64,000 nucleotides of DNA from Octopus sinensis (taxonomy: Eukaryota): positions 14,322,001-14,386,000 of the forward strand of contig NC_043007.1 of NCBI RefSeq assembly GCF_006345805.1, written 5' to 3'. Positions 37,679 to 50,533 of this stretch are shown in pieces (position 1 is the first letter of the stretch; the number at the start of each line of letters is the position of its first letter). The notes under the pieces were generated by a model. That model was not told where the DNA came from. It did no database searches and worked only from the letters and a program-made list of their open reading frames with translations. The translations under genes and the position numbers were made by a program.

Positions 37679-37929
37679 GGTTCCCCACCTGTGACTGGCA
37701 CAAGACTTCCGTTCTCAAGGATTAACCATTAAAACATACTCCAAACCTCATTGGGCCACCACCACCTCCGTCGCTCTCAGCTCGTCAATTTCTCTTCTCT
37801 TTCCCTCTCTATATCTGACACTCCAGTTCCTTACTGCAGTCACTGTCTGTCTAACTCACTTCCCTACTCTCTCTCTCTCTCTCTTACTGTCTGTCTCTCT
37901 GTCTCTCTCTCTCTCTCTCTTACTGTCTG

Positions 37930-37960
<31 letters not shown>

Positions 37961-38199
37961 AGCTATTTCTTCCTCTATCTGTCTGACACTCCTATTCTTC
38001 CTTCTATACTCTCTTTCTTTTCCTTTCTATGACACTCCTGTCACTTTCTGCTTTAGCAACAGACACATACACACACGCTCTCTCTGTCTCTCTCTATCTT
38101 TATCTCTCATTACACTCTCTTTATCTAAGCTGCTACTCTTTCTATCACCTTCTCCCTCTCTTTCTCTCTCTCTCTCTCAAACACTATTCCTCTTTATGT

Positions 38200-38300
38200 C
38201 AACTGTATGTGGCCTCCCCACCATCGTACTCGGCCTTTACGACCCCCTCCTCCGCCGCTCAGTCACCAGTTTAAATGTCCACAAAAACTTCCGACTTTAT
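38200..38300 (-). promoter_or_regulatory. Probable THAP promoter / non-coding first exon
   Basis: CpG-containing non-repetitive patch with an ETS-type CGGAAGT (ACTTCCG at 38287-38293), about 600 bp upstream of the THAP ATG. Confidence 0.35.
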
Positions 38301-38344
38301 AAACATTTTTGTCACCAGTGAATCAATACCCACTACACACACGG

Positions 38345-38950
38345 ATACCTATACATACATGTGTATGTATGTATGTAGTATGTATGTATGTATGTATGTA
38401 TGTATGTATGTAGTATGTATGTATGTATGTGTATGTATGTATGTATTGTTTGTATGTATGTATGCATGTATGTATGTATGTATGTATGTGTATGTATGTA
38501 TGTATGTTGTATGTATGTATGTAGTATGTATGCATGTATGTATGTATGTATGTATGTATGTATGTTGTATGTATGCATGTATGTATGTATGTATGTATGT
38601 GTGTATGTATGTATGTATGTATGTATGTATGTTGTATGTATGTATGCATGTATGTATGTATTGTTTGTATGTATGTATGTATGTATATGTATGTATGTAT
38701 GTATGTATGCAGTATGTATGTATGTATGTATGTATGTTGTATGTATGTATGCATGTATGTATGTATATGTATGTATGTATGTATGTTGTATGTATGCATG
38801 TATGTATGTATGTTGTATGTATGTATGCATGTATGTATGCATATGTATGTATGTATGTATGTATGCATGTATGTATGCATGTATGTATGTATTGTTGTAT
38901 GTATGTATGTATGCATATATGTATGTATGCATGCATACATGTATGAATGC
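38345..38950. repeat. ~600 bp (GTAT)n microsatellite
   Basis: Visible directly; explains six overlapping MYVC/HTYI ORFs. Confidence 0.98.
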
Positions 38951-39134
38951 ATATATGTATAGTTTATATATGTATATATATATAAAAATATAGTTTATAT
39001 ATACATATATATATTGGACTATAACTGTTTAAGTAGTTGTGTGTGTGTATATATATATATGTATGTGTGTGTGTGTCCGTCCCCGTCCATATATATGTAT
39101 ATATGTGTGTCCATATATATATATATTATATATA

Positions 39135-39181
<47 letters not shown>

Positions 39182-39669
39182 AAAGCGTAACTGCTTCAGT
39201 TTTATGAGTTTATTAAGGATTTTTTTAGCTCCCTAATATCTTATGTGAAACAATGAATTTCTGAAGCCTCTTAATGTTTTGAGATTTCCTCTGGTTTTTA
39301 TCATCAGTAAGAAATTATTTCAGTGGTTATTGTTATTAACTGTCAGCATGAGAAAGAAAGAAAGAGAGAATCATAACTCTTTTTACAATAGGCACTGTGT
39401 CTGATGATGACAAACTTTCAATAATCTGACCTTTAACATCAGATTTCTTTAAGCAATAAGGAAGAAAGTTGGCCAGGGAATCTGTTAGTATTAGCTTGTT
39501 GTTAGTGTATGATATCTAGGTGCTGAGTTTTGTATTATATATGGCTATTAGTATAGCTTATTTGAGTGAAGAATTTTAGAGGTTTTAAAAGGCAAAGGTG
39601 GCAAGACTAGATTATAAATGGCATAATGATGAACATTTGTACTAATGTCTCCAAGAAGAAAAACAGTTG

Positions 39670-40365
39670 AGATATTACTTGGAAATCAGCAAGCCAAATG
39701 AGATCATAACCTCGTAGCCTATGCCAGGGGCATAACCAGCCCACTTATGCGTACCTTTTCCTTCTTTGGACACTAGTAAACTCTGCTTGTGAAGACCTGT
39801 TGAGGCAAGTGAAATCAAAATCAAATTCGATGACTGGCATCTAGGCTAGCGGAGTGCAAAGAGCACCATACGAGTGAGATCGTTGACAGAGCGGCTAACC
39901 AGCTTCCGTGCCAGTGGCAAATAAAAGGCACCATTTGAGTGGGATTGTTACCAGCGTCGCCTTACTGGCACTTGTGCCCCTTGCTAGTGAGATGCTAAGA
40001 GCACCATCCGAGCATGATCGTTGCCAGAGCAACTAACCAGCTTCCATGCTAGTGGCACGTAAAAGACACCATTCGAGCGTGATTGTTACCTGCGTCACCT
40101 TACTGGCTCCTGTGCCAGTGGCACGTGTAAAAACATTCGAGCGAGGTTGATGCCAGTACCGCCTGACTGGCCCCCCCGTGCTGGCGGCATGTAAAAGCAC
40201 CCACTACACTCTTGGAGTGGTTGGCGTTAGGAAGGGCATCCAGCTGTAGAAACTCTGACAGATCAGATTGGAGCCTGGTGCAGCCATCTGGTTCACCAGC
40301 CCTCAGTCAAATCGTCCAACCCATGCTAGCATGGAAAGCAGATGTTAAACGATGATGATGATGAT
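39670..40365 (+). mobile_element. Long family-A RTE 3' UTR copy
   Basis: ...QAK* then ~55-60 bp GTGCCAGTGGCAC subrepeats, GGAAGGGCATCCAGCTGTAGAAAC and a (GAT)n tail. Confidence 0.85.
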
Positions 40366-40720
40366 CAATTATCAGAACCACCCATAATACTAGTATGTAT
40401 ATATACATCCTTTGGAAAATTACTAGTCTTCTACAACTTAGATTTCCTTTCATAATTTACAGGGTAATACTGCCCAACCTTATGGTGCCAGGTTCAATCC
40501 CACTACACAGTAAGTACCTTTAGCAAGTGTCTTCTACTATAATCCTTTGCCAACCAAAGCCTGGTGAGTGGATTTGGTAGATGGAAACTGAATGAAGTGC
40601 ATTGTGTGTGTATGTATGTATGTATGTATGCATGTATGTATGTATGTGTGTATGTATGTGTATGTGTGTATGTATGTGTGTATGTATGTATGTGTGTGTA
40701 TGCATGCATATATGTATGTA

Positions 40721-41284
40721 CGAGCAAAACGGACCCCTCCCCGTCCAATGGACGGTGCTGAGTTGTCAAACATTTAAACCAAATTTTCTCAAAACAACTT
40801 GTCCGACCGTCCCATAGGCCTCCCCTTTGAGAAACACTGATTTAACCTAAATTTGAGACACCAGCAAAAGAAGAAATAAAGATAGATTTTTTTTCTGTTC
40901 CAAAGAAAAACGATTTTATTCACACAAATATGCAACCGAAGAGTTTAAAGTACCAGTAATGATAAGGCTGTTGACAGGGAGAACAAAAACATGGTTTAAA
41001 CAGTAAGCTTGGCAGGAAAGAAATGTGTCTTTAAGCAGTACAAAAACAACAAAAAATGGAAGGTACAGTTATGTACAGGTTGACAGAAGAAAAGCAGGAC
41101 AAAAGCAGCTTTATCGATCGCATTCTCACCTGGAATCGATTTTTGTAATTTTTTCAAGACTTATACATGCCCTGATACCGTCAGTATCTACACATCAAAT
41201 TTGAGTGCAATCGGATGGAGGATGCCCGAGATCCTAGAAGACACATATACAGAAAGACAGAGAAAACGGATTTTATATAAGAGA
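40721..41284 (-). mobile_element. Non-autonomous Helitron-like element, copy 2 (CTCG end)
   Basis: Same 5' (~180 bp) and 3' (~140 bp) arms as 850-1236, perfect CCGTCC-ATT-GGACGG hairpin, different internal segment. Confidence 0.65.
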
Positions 41285-41289
41285 TATAT

Positions 41290-41610
41290 GTGAAGGCACA
41301 TGGCTTAGACATTAGGATATTCAGCTCACAATCATAAAGTTTGATTCCTGGTGGTACACTGTGTCCTTGAGCTAGACACTTTATTCCATGTTGCTCCAGT
41401 CCACTCAGCTGGCAAAAATGAGTAACACCTGTATTTCAAAGAGCCAGCCTTGTCACATTCTGTCTTATGCTGAATTTCTCTGAGAACTACGTGAAGGATA
41501 CATGTGTCAGTAAAGTGCTCAGTACCTTGCGTGTTAATTTCCCATTAACAGGATATTCCATTGATTGGATCAACAGGAACCCTTGACATCGTAATTGACG
41601 AACTGCCAGG
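41290..41610 (+). mobile_element. Hybrid SINE: family-E 5' half plus family-F 3' half
   Basis: GTTGCTCCAGTCCACTCAGCTGGCAAAAATGAGTAAC (E) joined to CCTGTATTTCAAAG...GAGAACTACG...GGATCAAC (F). Confidence 0.7.
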
Positions 41611-41886
41611 TTCCTTTTTTCATTATGTTATGTACGTGTGAGTGTGTGTATGCTTGTGTCTCCTTGTCTTAGCATTACTCTTTTACTCCTTTACTTGTTT
41701 CAGTCATTTGACTGTGGCCATGCTGGAGCACTGCCTTTAGTCAAGCAAATCAACCCCAGGACTTATTCTTTGTAAGCCTAGAACTTATTCTGTCGGTCTC
41801 TTTTGCCGAACCACTAAGTGACGGGGACATAAACACACCAGCATCGGTTGTCAAGCAATGCTAGGGGGACAAACACAGACACACAA

Positions 41887-41967
<81 letters not shown>

Positions 41968-42371
41968 CATATATACGACGGGCTTCTTTCAGTTTCCATC
42001 TACCAAATCCACTCACAAGGCTTTGGTCGGCCCGAGGCTATAGCAGAAGACACTTGCCCAAGATGTCACACAGTGGGACTGAACCCGGAACCATGTGGTT
42101 GGTTAGCAAGCTACTTACCACATAGCCACTCCTGCGCCCAATTAAATATAAAAGATAGATTAAATGCTAGTTGCAAAATCATTGTCTCTGTCTTTCAAGC
42201 AGTGTCACTCATTTCCAATATTCTGCGAGATTATGTCTGACCATGGGGAAATATCATCACCTTTCTTGGAAACATGTAATGGTTGGTGTCAGGAAGAGCA
42301 TCCGGCAGTAGAAAATCTGCCTCAATAAACCCTAAGTCATCCCCTGTAAATATGGGAAAGCAGACATTAAA

Positions 42372-42484
42372 ATGATGGTGGTGGTGGTGGTGGTGGTGGT
42401 GGTGGTGGTGGTGGTGGTGGTGGTGGGGGTATGGTGATGATTATGATGATGAGGATGAGGATGAGGATGATGGTGATGGTGATG

Positions 42485-42516
<32 letters not shown>

Positions 42517-42640
42517 GATGATGGTGATGATGAAGATGATGATGAGGATGATGATGGTGATGAGGATGGTGATGGTGATGATGATGATGATGATGATGGT
42601 GATGGTGATGGTGATGATGATGATGATGAGGAGGAGGAGG
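42372..42640. repeat. (GGT)n/(GAT)n trinucleotide array
   Basis: Visible directly. Confidence 0.95.
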
Positions 42641-42940
42641 AGAGATAGGATTGCAATGGGTTTCCTACGCTTGGCCAAATTTGTAAATGTCCAACATGGC
42701 CAATGTGGAAATTAAAGTCATACCAAAACTACAATGTACACAAAGGTACATGGTAGACATATCCATTGAGATGGAGATACAAGAAAAGATCAACAAATTT
42801 GGGAATACGATTCTGTCCCCTATTTTAGTGTTGAATATAGTTTAGACAAAAGTCATGGCTGTGTTGTTAAGAAGCTGGCTTCCTGACCTTGTAGTCTTGA
42901 GTTCAGTCCCACTGTATGGCACCTCGGGCAAGTGTCTTAT

Positions 42941-43331
42941 TTTTTTTTGGAAGCACTCCGTCGGTTCCGACGACGAGGGTTCCGGTTGATCCGATCAACG
43001 GAACAGCCTGCTCGTGAAATTAACGTGTAAGTGGCTGAGCACTCCACAGACACGTGTACCCTTAACGTAGTTCTCAGGGATATTCAGCAGAACACAGAGA
43101 GTGACAAGGCCGGCCCTTTGAAATACAAGTACAACAGAAACAGGAAGTAAGAGTGAGAGAAAGTTGTGGTGAAAGAGTACAGCAGGGATCACCACCATCC
43201 CCTGCCAGAGCCTCGTGGAGCTTTAGGTGTTTTCGCTCAATAAACACTCACAACGCCCAGTCTGGGAATTGAAACTGCGATCCTACGACCGCGAGTCCGC
43301 TGCCCTAACCACTGGCCCATTGCGCCTCCAC
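42941..43331 (-). mobile_element. Full-length family-F tRNA SINE inserted in a family-B SINE
   Basis: 12-bp TSD CAAGTGTCTTAT (42929-42940 and 43332-43343), poly-A tail, intact A and B boxes. Confidence 0.9.
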
Positions 43332-43925
43332 CAAGTGTCTTATACTACAGCCCTGGAATGACCAAAGCCTTGTGAGTGGAACTGGTGGGCGGAAACTGAA
43401 AGAAGCCAGTGGTCTACCGAGCCTTCACAAAGGAAAAGAGAGACACACAGAGAAAAGGAAAATGTCCTGCTTATTTGAAGACTATGGAAATATTTACAAA
43501 TCATTTCATTTCATTTTTTCTTCAATTGAATTGTTTTTTCTTCTTAATTAATATCCACCTTTGTTTTATACTCTTAGTTGAAAAAGTCAAAAAGATTGAA
43601 ACCAGTACTATATATATCACCATCATCATCATCATCATCACCAACACCATTTAACGTCCATTTTTCCATACTGGCATGGGTTAGATGGTTTGACTGGAGC
43701 TAGTAAGCTGGAGAGCTGCACCAGGCTCCAGTCGTCTGTTTTGACTTAGTTTCTACAGTTGGATGCACTTGCTAATATCATCCACTTTACAGAGTGTACT
43801 GGGTCCTTTTATATGTCACCAGCATGGATGCCCTTTTTTGGTATCACTGGAACAGGTGCCTTTTATGTGTCCCCAGCACAGGTGTCTTTTACATATCACA
43901 GGCATAAGTGCTTCTTTTGTGTTGT

Positions 43926-43965
<40 letters not shown>

Positions 43966-44537
43966 GTTGCCTTTCCTTGACAGTGTTTGATTGTTGCAAG
44001 AAAAGTTGCCTCCACAAAATCCGTCATGCCCAAGTGAGCATTGGCAGGTAGAAGTTAAATGATGGTGATGATGATGAAGAGAAGGAAGAGGAGGATACAA
44101 AGTGACAGAAAGAGTACTAATTAACAAATGATGAAAGAACCAGAGTTACATAATTATCTTAAAAAAATCATAATTCATTTTTATAATTAAATATTATTAG
44201 AAATTGTATTTAAAAAAAAAACTCGTTAAAATATTTTGTGCATTGTAGAAATGTAACTAATTTATTCATCATCATCATCGTCATTTAGTGTCTGCTTTCC
44301 ATGCTGGCATGGGTTAGACGGTTTGACTGTAACTGATATGCCAGAGAGCTGCACCAAGTTTCAGTCTGATTTGGCATGGTTTCTATGGCTTGATGCCCTT
44401 CCTAATGCCAACCACTCCAAGAGTGTACTGGGTGCTTATTACATGCCACCAGCATGGGTGCCAATCACATGACACTAGCATCAACCATAACTACAATTTC
44501 ATTTGGATTGACGAGTCTTCTCAAACACAGCATATCA

Positions 44538-44826
44538 CCAAAGGTCTTGGTCACTTGTCATTATCTCTGTGGGGCCCAACATTCAAAAGGGTTTTTATCG
44601 CCAAAGGTCTTGGTCACTTGTTATTACCTCTGTGGAGCTGAATGTTCAAAGGGTGCTTATTGCCAAAGGTCTTGGTCACTTGTCATTACCTCTGTGGGGC
44701 CCAACATTCAAAAGGGTTTTTATCGCCAAAGGTCTTGGTCACTTGTTATTACCTCTGTGGGGCTGAATGTTCAAAGGGTGCTTATTGCCAAAGGTCTTGG
44801 TCACTTGCCATTACCTCTGTGGGGCT
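44538..44826. repeat. 62/63-bp minisatellite derived from the RTE ORF2 end (left arm of the inverted duplication)
   Basis: CCAAAGGTCTTGG at 44538, 44601, 44663, 44726 and 44788. Confidence 0.9.
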
Positions 44827-45254
44827 AAACATAGAGGGGACAAACAGGGACAGAAAAAGGGATTAAGTCGATTATATCAACCGCAGTGCGTAACTGGTAC
44901 TTTATTAATCGATCCTGAAATGATGAAAGGCAAAGTTGACCTCGGCGGAATTTGAACTCAGAACGTTGCGGCAGACGAAATACCTATTTCTTTACCACCC
45001 ACAAGGGGCTAAACACAGAGAGGACAAACAAGGACAGACAAACGAATTAAGTCGATTACATCGACCCCAGTGCGTAACTGGTACTTATTTATCGACCCCG
45101 AAAGGATGAAAGGCAAAGTTGACCTTGGCGGAATTTGAACTCAGAACGTAACGACAGATGAAATACCGCTTAGCATTTCGCCCGGCGCGCTAACGTGTCT
45201 GCCAGCTCGCCACCTTTATTAGACACATATAATTATCTTTATGTTATTACTTAT

Positions 45255-46045
45255 CAAACTAGTAAGGGTTGGTGACTGGAAGAGCACCCAGTTGTAAAAT
45301 TCTGCCTTGAATGAATCCTCATCATCCTTTGGCATCCATTTTCCAAACTGGCATGGATTGGATGGTTTGACTGGAGCTGGTAAACTGAAGAGCTGTACCA
45401 GGCCCCAGTCTGTTTTGGCTTGGTTTTTATGCCCTTCCTAATGCCAACCACTCTACAGAGTGTACTGGGTGCCTTTTACATGTCACCAGCACAGGCCACA
45501 AACACAACTTCACTTAGCTTAACATGTTTTCTGAAGCACAGCAAGATCACCAGAAGTCTCAGTCATTTGTCATTGCCTCTGTGAAACTCAACATCCAAAG
45601 ATCATATTTCACCACCTCATCCAATCATCATCATCATTGTTCGGCCGTGGTCGAGACAATGGAATTTACTATGTTACGCCAGACTTCATGGTCCATCGTA
45701 GCATTACGGAGGTCCTGTTGCTGGATGCCTGTATCCCTGGAGAATACATCAGGGTAGGAGAGTGTGCGCCCTCTGGTATCGCGAGCAGATGGCTTCCAGA
45801 GGAGAAGAGTAGAAACTACCTCGTTTTCAGCTCTACAACAATGTCCAGTAAACCGGACTCTTCTACTTTTCACAAGAGATGATACAGGTGGTAGTTTCCC
45901 CTTATATTTGTACTTTGGTTGGATGATGCTTCCAACCCCTTCCACAGGTTCCCTCCACAGTTACAGACTGGCACTTCTTTACACAGCTGTCCTCATCCAT
46001 ACACATCACATGACCATACCAGTACAGTCTTCTCTCTCCTGCACA
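45255..46045 (-). mobile_element. Family-A RTE LINE 3' end (host of the nested insert)
   Basis: LYWYGHVMCMDEDSCVKKCQSVTVEGTCGRG [insert] WDEVVKYDL...EAMTND, continuing into the family-A UTR. Confidence 0.8.
45626..45925 (-). mobile_element. RTE-clade LINE 3' end (second lineage) nested in a family-A RTE copy
   Basis: KSRRVRFTGHCCR...LLLWKP...RGRTLSYPD...DTG...MDHEVWR, then a (TGA)n tail. Confidence 0.85.
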
Positions 46046-46556
46046 CTACATTTGATGCCACTTTATAGTTTATTCCATCATGGAAAATAAATGTTAAATA
46101 AATTACTGAATTGATATAAATTATTAAGAGGAAAAATACATCTTCAATACCCTCATACTCTCTCTCTCTCTCTGAGAGAGAGTGAGAGAATAGTGACTGG
46201 CTTAAACTGCTAGCATTTAAACTGGCCATATTTAACCCACATATTCCATCTATTTTTTGTTCAAGCTGGCTGGATCTGGTCTCTCACACATACTCTAAAT
46301 TAACAATCACATCATCTAAATTTCAAAGCTACGAGATATAATGCATGATTAAATTCACAACAATGTAAATAAATAAGTTTACAATTCGAGAGAGTAATCT
46401 CAATTCTAAAGGGTTAAACACCTGTAAGTTAATAATATCTGCAGAAAAAAAGATGTTCGTACAGTTTTCTGAAGTCTGGTCTAAACACTTGCAACAGAAT
46501 GGACTCTGGTAGAGACACTCAAGGACTGAGTGACATTTTAGCCCTGTCATCCAAAT

Positions 46557-47531
46557 CAGGGGCCAGCACTAGGAAGTGTGGGGCCCAATTAGAGAATTGT
46601 TAGTGGGGCCCTTTTCTCTACAAATCATCATCATCATCATCGTTTAACTTCTGCTTTCCATGCTAGCATGGGTTGGACGATTTGACTGAGGTCTGGCAAA
46701 CCAAATGGCTGCACCAGGCTCCAATCTTGATCTGGCAGAGTTCCTACGGCTGGATGCCCTTCCTAATGCTGACCACTCTGAGAGTGTAGTGGGTGCTTTT
46801 ACATGCCACCGGCACGAGGGCCAGTCAGGCGCTACTGGCAGTGGCCACGCTCAAATGGTGCTTCTTATGTGCCACCTGAACAGGAGCTAGTCCAGCGGCA
46901 CTGGCAAAGACCTCGCTCGAATGTTTTTTTTCATGTGCCACCGGCACAAGTGTCAATAAGGCGATGCAGGTAACAATCACGCTCGAATGGTGCTTTTTAC
47001 GTGCTTATCATAAAAAAGCTGAGATTAATGTTTGATGCTTCGTGAAGTACACCAGTCCCAGCCAAAAAGTGTTAAGGGCTTGAGGCTCCATTAACCACAA
47101 TGGTATACTAAAAATTGAAAGCTCATATGAAAATTTTAATGTTTTATTATAACTCAAGATAATTATTGATATGCTGTTTGTGAATAAACCTTCTAAAGAC
47201 AGATTTTCCAGGCTTTTTTTATCTGAGAAATCATTTCAAGGTCAATAGTTTTAACAATCTCATTTTCCATAGATTGTATTGTCAAATTATGAAGTCTGTC
47301 TTGTGAAATGGTTGACTATCGGTGTGTTTTAATCAGTTTTAGTTTTGAAAAACTGCTTTCACCTGATGCAACTGTTATGGGCATGGTTTGAGTAAATCAT
47401 CAAAGCAATAGAAATGTTAGGAAATATTTAATTCATCATAGCATCTTCCACTCAAGCATGTGCTTGAGGCCCTTTTTTGGTGCAGGGCCCAGTTTGAATA
47501 AATCTCTCAAATTGGCTTAAAACCAGCCCTG
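46557..47531 (+). mobile_element. hAT-type non-autonomous element containing an RTE 3' insertion (46624-47005)
   Basis: CAGGG...CCCTG termini, GGGCCC subterminal motifs, 8-bp TSD-like ATCCAAAT (46549-46556) versus ATCCAATA/ATCCAGAT. Confidence 0.6.
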
Positions 47532-47788
47532 ATCCAATACTAAAGGCATTCATCATAACAACCTCTGCTCAAGCATGTGCTAGAGGCCCTCTCTTGGTGC
47601 AGGGCCCAATTTGAACAAATCTCTCAAATTGGCTTAAAACCAGCCCTGATCCAGATACTAAAGGCATTCCTCTTAGCATCCTCTGCTCAAGCATGTGCTA
47701 GAGGCCCTCTCTTGGTGCAGGGCTCAGTTTGAACAAATCTCTCAAATTGGCTTAAAACCAGCCCTGATCCAGATACTAAAGGCATTCT
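47431..47788. repeat. Three ~118 bp tandem copies of the hAT right end plus TSD plus flank
   Basis: CTCAAGCATGTGC recurs at 47451, 47568 and 47686. Confidence 0.9.
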
Positions 47789-47959
47789 GACCCTTCCATG
47801 TCAACAGCCATCCGGATTTAATTAACATAATCCGAATGGATCGACCAAATTATTCTGGATTATTATGAATGCTTTTCACTGAAAAACTTCCTTTTCCTTT
47901 CCTGCCTTTCATGTACAGGTGCTGGAGTAAGTCAGTTTTTCAGATATGAAATGAGTGAA

Positions 47960-48710
47960 AAGCATGCTAAACTCCTGCGGGATACAGCCTGAGTATTACA
48001 ATATACTCCCTGTGCATATTAGTGTATTACAATATACTCTGTCTATATATGCTAGTGGATTGCAGTACACTTCTGCATGTCAATATATTACAGTATACTC
48101 ACGATATGTGCGTGTGTATTACATATACTCCTCTGTATGCTCATGTATTACTGTATACTCAGTGTATGTCAATGTTACGTGGTACTCCTGTGTTAGCTAG
48201 TGGATTACAAAATACTCCTTATGGCTTCCATGCCGGTGGCACGTAAAAGGGCACCATTTGAGCGTGACCGTTACTAACGTCACCTTACTGGCACTTGTGC
48301 CCCGTGTTAGTAGGGTGCTAAGAGCACCATCCGAGCGTGATCGTTGCCAGAGCGGCTAATCAGCTTCTGTGCTGGTGGCATGTAGAAGGCACTATTCGAG
48401 CGTGATCATTACCTGTGTCGCCTTACTGGCACCTGGTGCAGCCATCTGTTCGTCAGCCCTCAGTCAAAAACGTCCAATCCATGCTAGCATGGAAAGCAGA
48501 TGTTAAATAATGATGATGATGATGATGATGATGATGTAAGCTACTGTATTACTGTATAATCCCAATGTATATGCTTGTGTATTACAGTATACTCCCTGTG
48601 TATGTTAGTATATTGCCTTATACTTACCATATTTGCTAGTGTATTACAGAATACTTTCTGCCTATATTGCTGTATTACAATATACTCCCTGTGTACATGT
48701 TAGTGTACAC
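47960..48710. repeat. Degenerate ~35-40 bp minisatellite interrupted by a family-A copy (48222-48536)
   Basis: GTATTACAGTATACTCC...TGT units on both sides of the insertion. Confidence 0.7.
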
Positions 48711-48894
48711 AGGGAAGAGCCTGAAAAGATTGAAAAGGTAGTGGTCAAATTGCTATGTTTAACCCCTTTTGAGACTACCCATGGTTCTATGAAACAGATT
48801 TCCCATAGTTCTCAGCTGGGGTCATATATGGTCCTTGGGGCTCCATATAAGATTTTGTTGTTAAAGCACCTGTGTTAGTGATAGGTAAAAAGCA

Positions 48895-49325
48895 GCCTTC
48901 GAACATTGGGCCTCACAGGGGTGATGACAAGTGACCAAGACCTTTGGCGATAAGCACCCTTTGAACGTTGGGCCCCACAGAGGTAATGACAAGTGACCAA
49001 GACCTTTGGGGATAAGCACCCTTTGAACATTGGGCCCCACAGAGATAATGACAAGTGACCAAAACCTTTGGGGATAAGCACCCTTTGAAAGTTGGGCCTC
49101 ACAGAGGTAATGACAAGTGACCAAGACCTTTGACAATAAGCACCCTTTGAACGTTGGGCCCCACAGAGATAATGACAAGTGACCAAAACTTTTGGTGATA
49201 AGCACCCTTTGAAAGTTGGACCCCACAGAGGTAATGACAAGTGACCAAGACCTTTGGCGATAAGGACCCTTTTGAATGTTGGGCCCCACAGAGGTAATGA
49301 CAAGTGACCAAGACCTTTGGTGATA
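48895..49325. repeat. 62/63-bp minisatellite, about 7 units (right arm of the inverted duplication)
   Basis: ATGACAAGTGACCAAGACCTTTGG repeated; encodes LRTLGLTxxMTSDQDLW-like RTE peptide. Confidence 0.9.
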
Positions 49326-50337
49326 TGCTGTGTTTGAGAAGACTTGGCAATCCAAATGAAATTGTAGTTACAGATGATGCTAGTGTCATATGATTGGCAT
49401 CCATGCTGGTGGCATGTAATAAGCACCCAGTACACTCTTGGAGTGGTTGGCATTAGGAAGGGCATCAAGCCATAGAAACCATGCCAAATCAGACTGAAAC
49501 TTGGTGCAGCTCTCTGGCATATCAGTTCCAGTCAAACCGTCTAACCAATGCCAGCATGGAAAGCAGACACTAAATGACGATGATGATGATGAATAAATTA
49601 GTTACATTTCTACAATGCACAAAATATTTTAACGAGTTTTTTTTTTTTAAATACAATTTCTAATAATATTTAATTATAAAAATGAATTATGATTTTTTAA
49701 AACATCATATGGCTAGGAGGGAGAGTCCATCTGAGAAGAATAGAAATCAAAGGGGTCCGTAGGTGAAAAATGGTTGAGAAAAACTGATCCAAATTAAAAC
49801 CTTCCACCAAAATTTCAGGTTAATTTATGTTCCAAATACCAATTTAATAATAACAGTCATTTTATTAAATTGCTCTTTTACTTGTTTCAGTCATTTGGCT
49901 GCGGCCATGCTGGAGCATTGCTTTTAGTCGAATGAATCAGCCCCAGGACTTATTCTTTGTAAGCTTAGTACTTACTCTATCGATCTCTTTTGCCAAACTG
50001 CTAAGTTACAGGGACATAAACACACAAACATCGTTTGTCAAGCGATGCTGGGGGTGGGGTGGGATGGACAAACACAGACACACAAACATATATATATATA
50101 TATATATATACATACATATATTCTTTTATTCTTTTATTTGTTTCAGTCATTTGACTGCAGCCATGCTGGAGCACCACCTTTAGTCGAGCAAATTGACCCC
50201 AGGACTTATTCTTTGTAAGCCTAGTACTTATTTTATCGGTCTGTTTTGCCGAACTGCTAAGTTACAGGGACGTAAACACACCAGCATTGATTGTCAAGCG
50301 ATGCTGGGGGCGGGGACAACACAGACACACAAACATA

Positions 50338-50443
<106 letters not shown>

Positions 50444-50449
50444 ATATAT

Positions 50450-50486
<37 letters not shown>

Positions 50487-50533
50487 TATATATATATATA
50501 TATATTATATATATATATATATATATCTATACA

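Noticed and set aside
38275-38993. ORFs of 142-223 aa (MYVC.../HTYI...)
   Set aside because: Translations of the (GTAT)n microsatellite, which lacks stops in several frames.
42367-42715. Poly-I/M/S ORFs
   Set aside because: (GAT)/(GGT) repeat translations.
48861-49468. ORFs of 164-197 aa (and 44454-44955)
   Set aside because: Read-through of the 62/63-bp minisatellite; the peptides are periodic.
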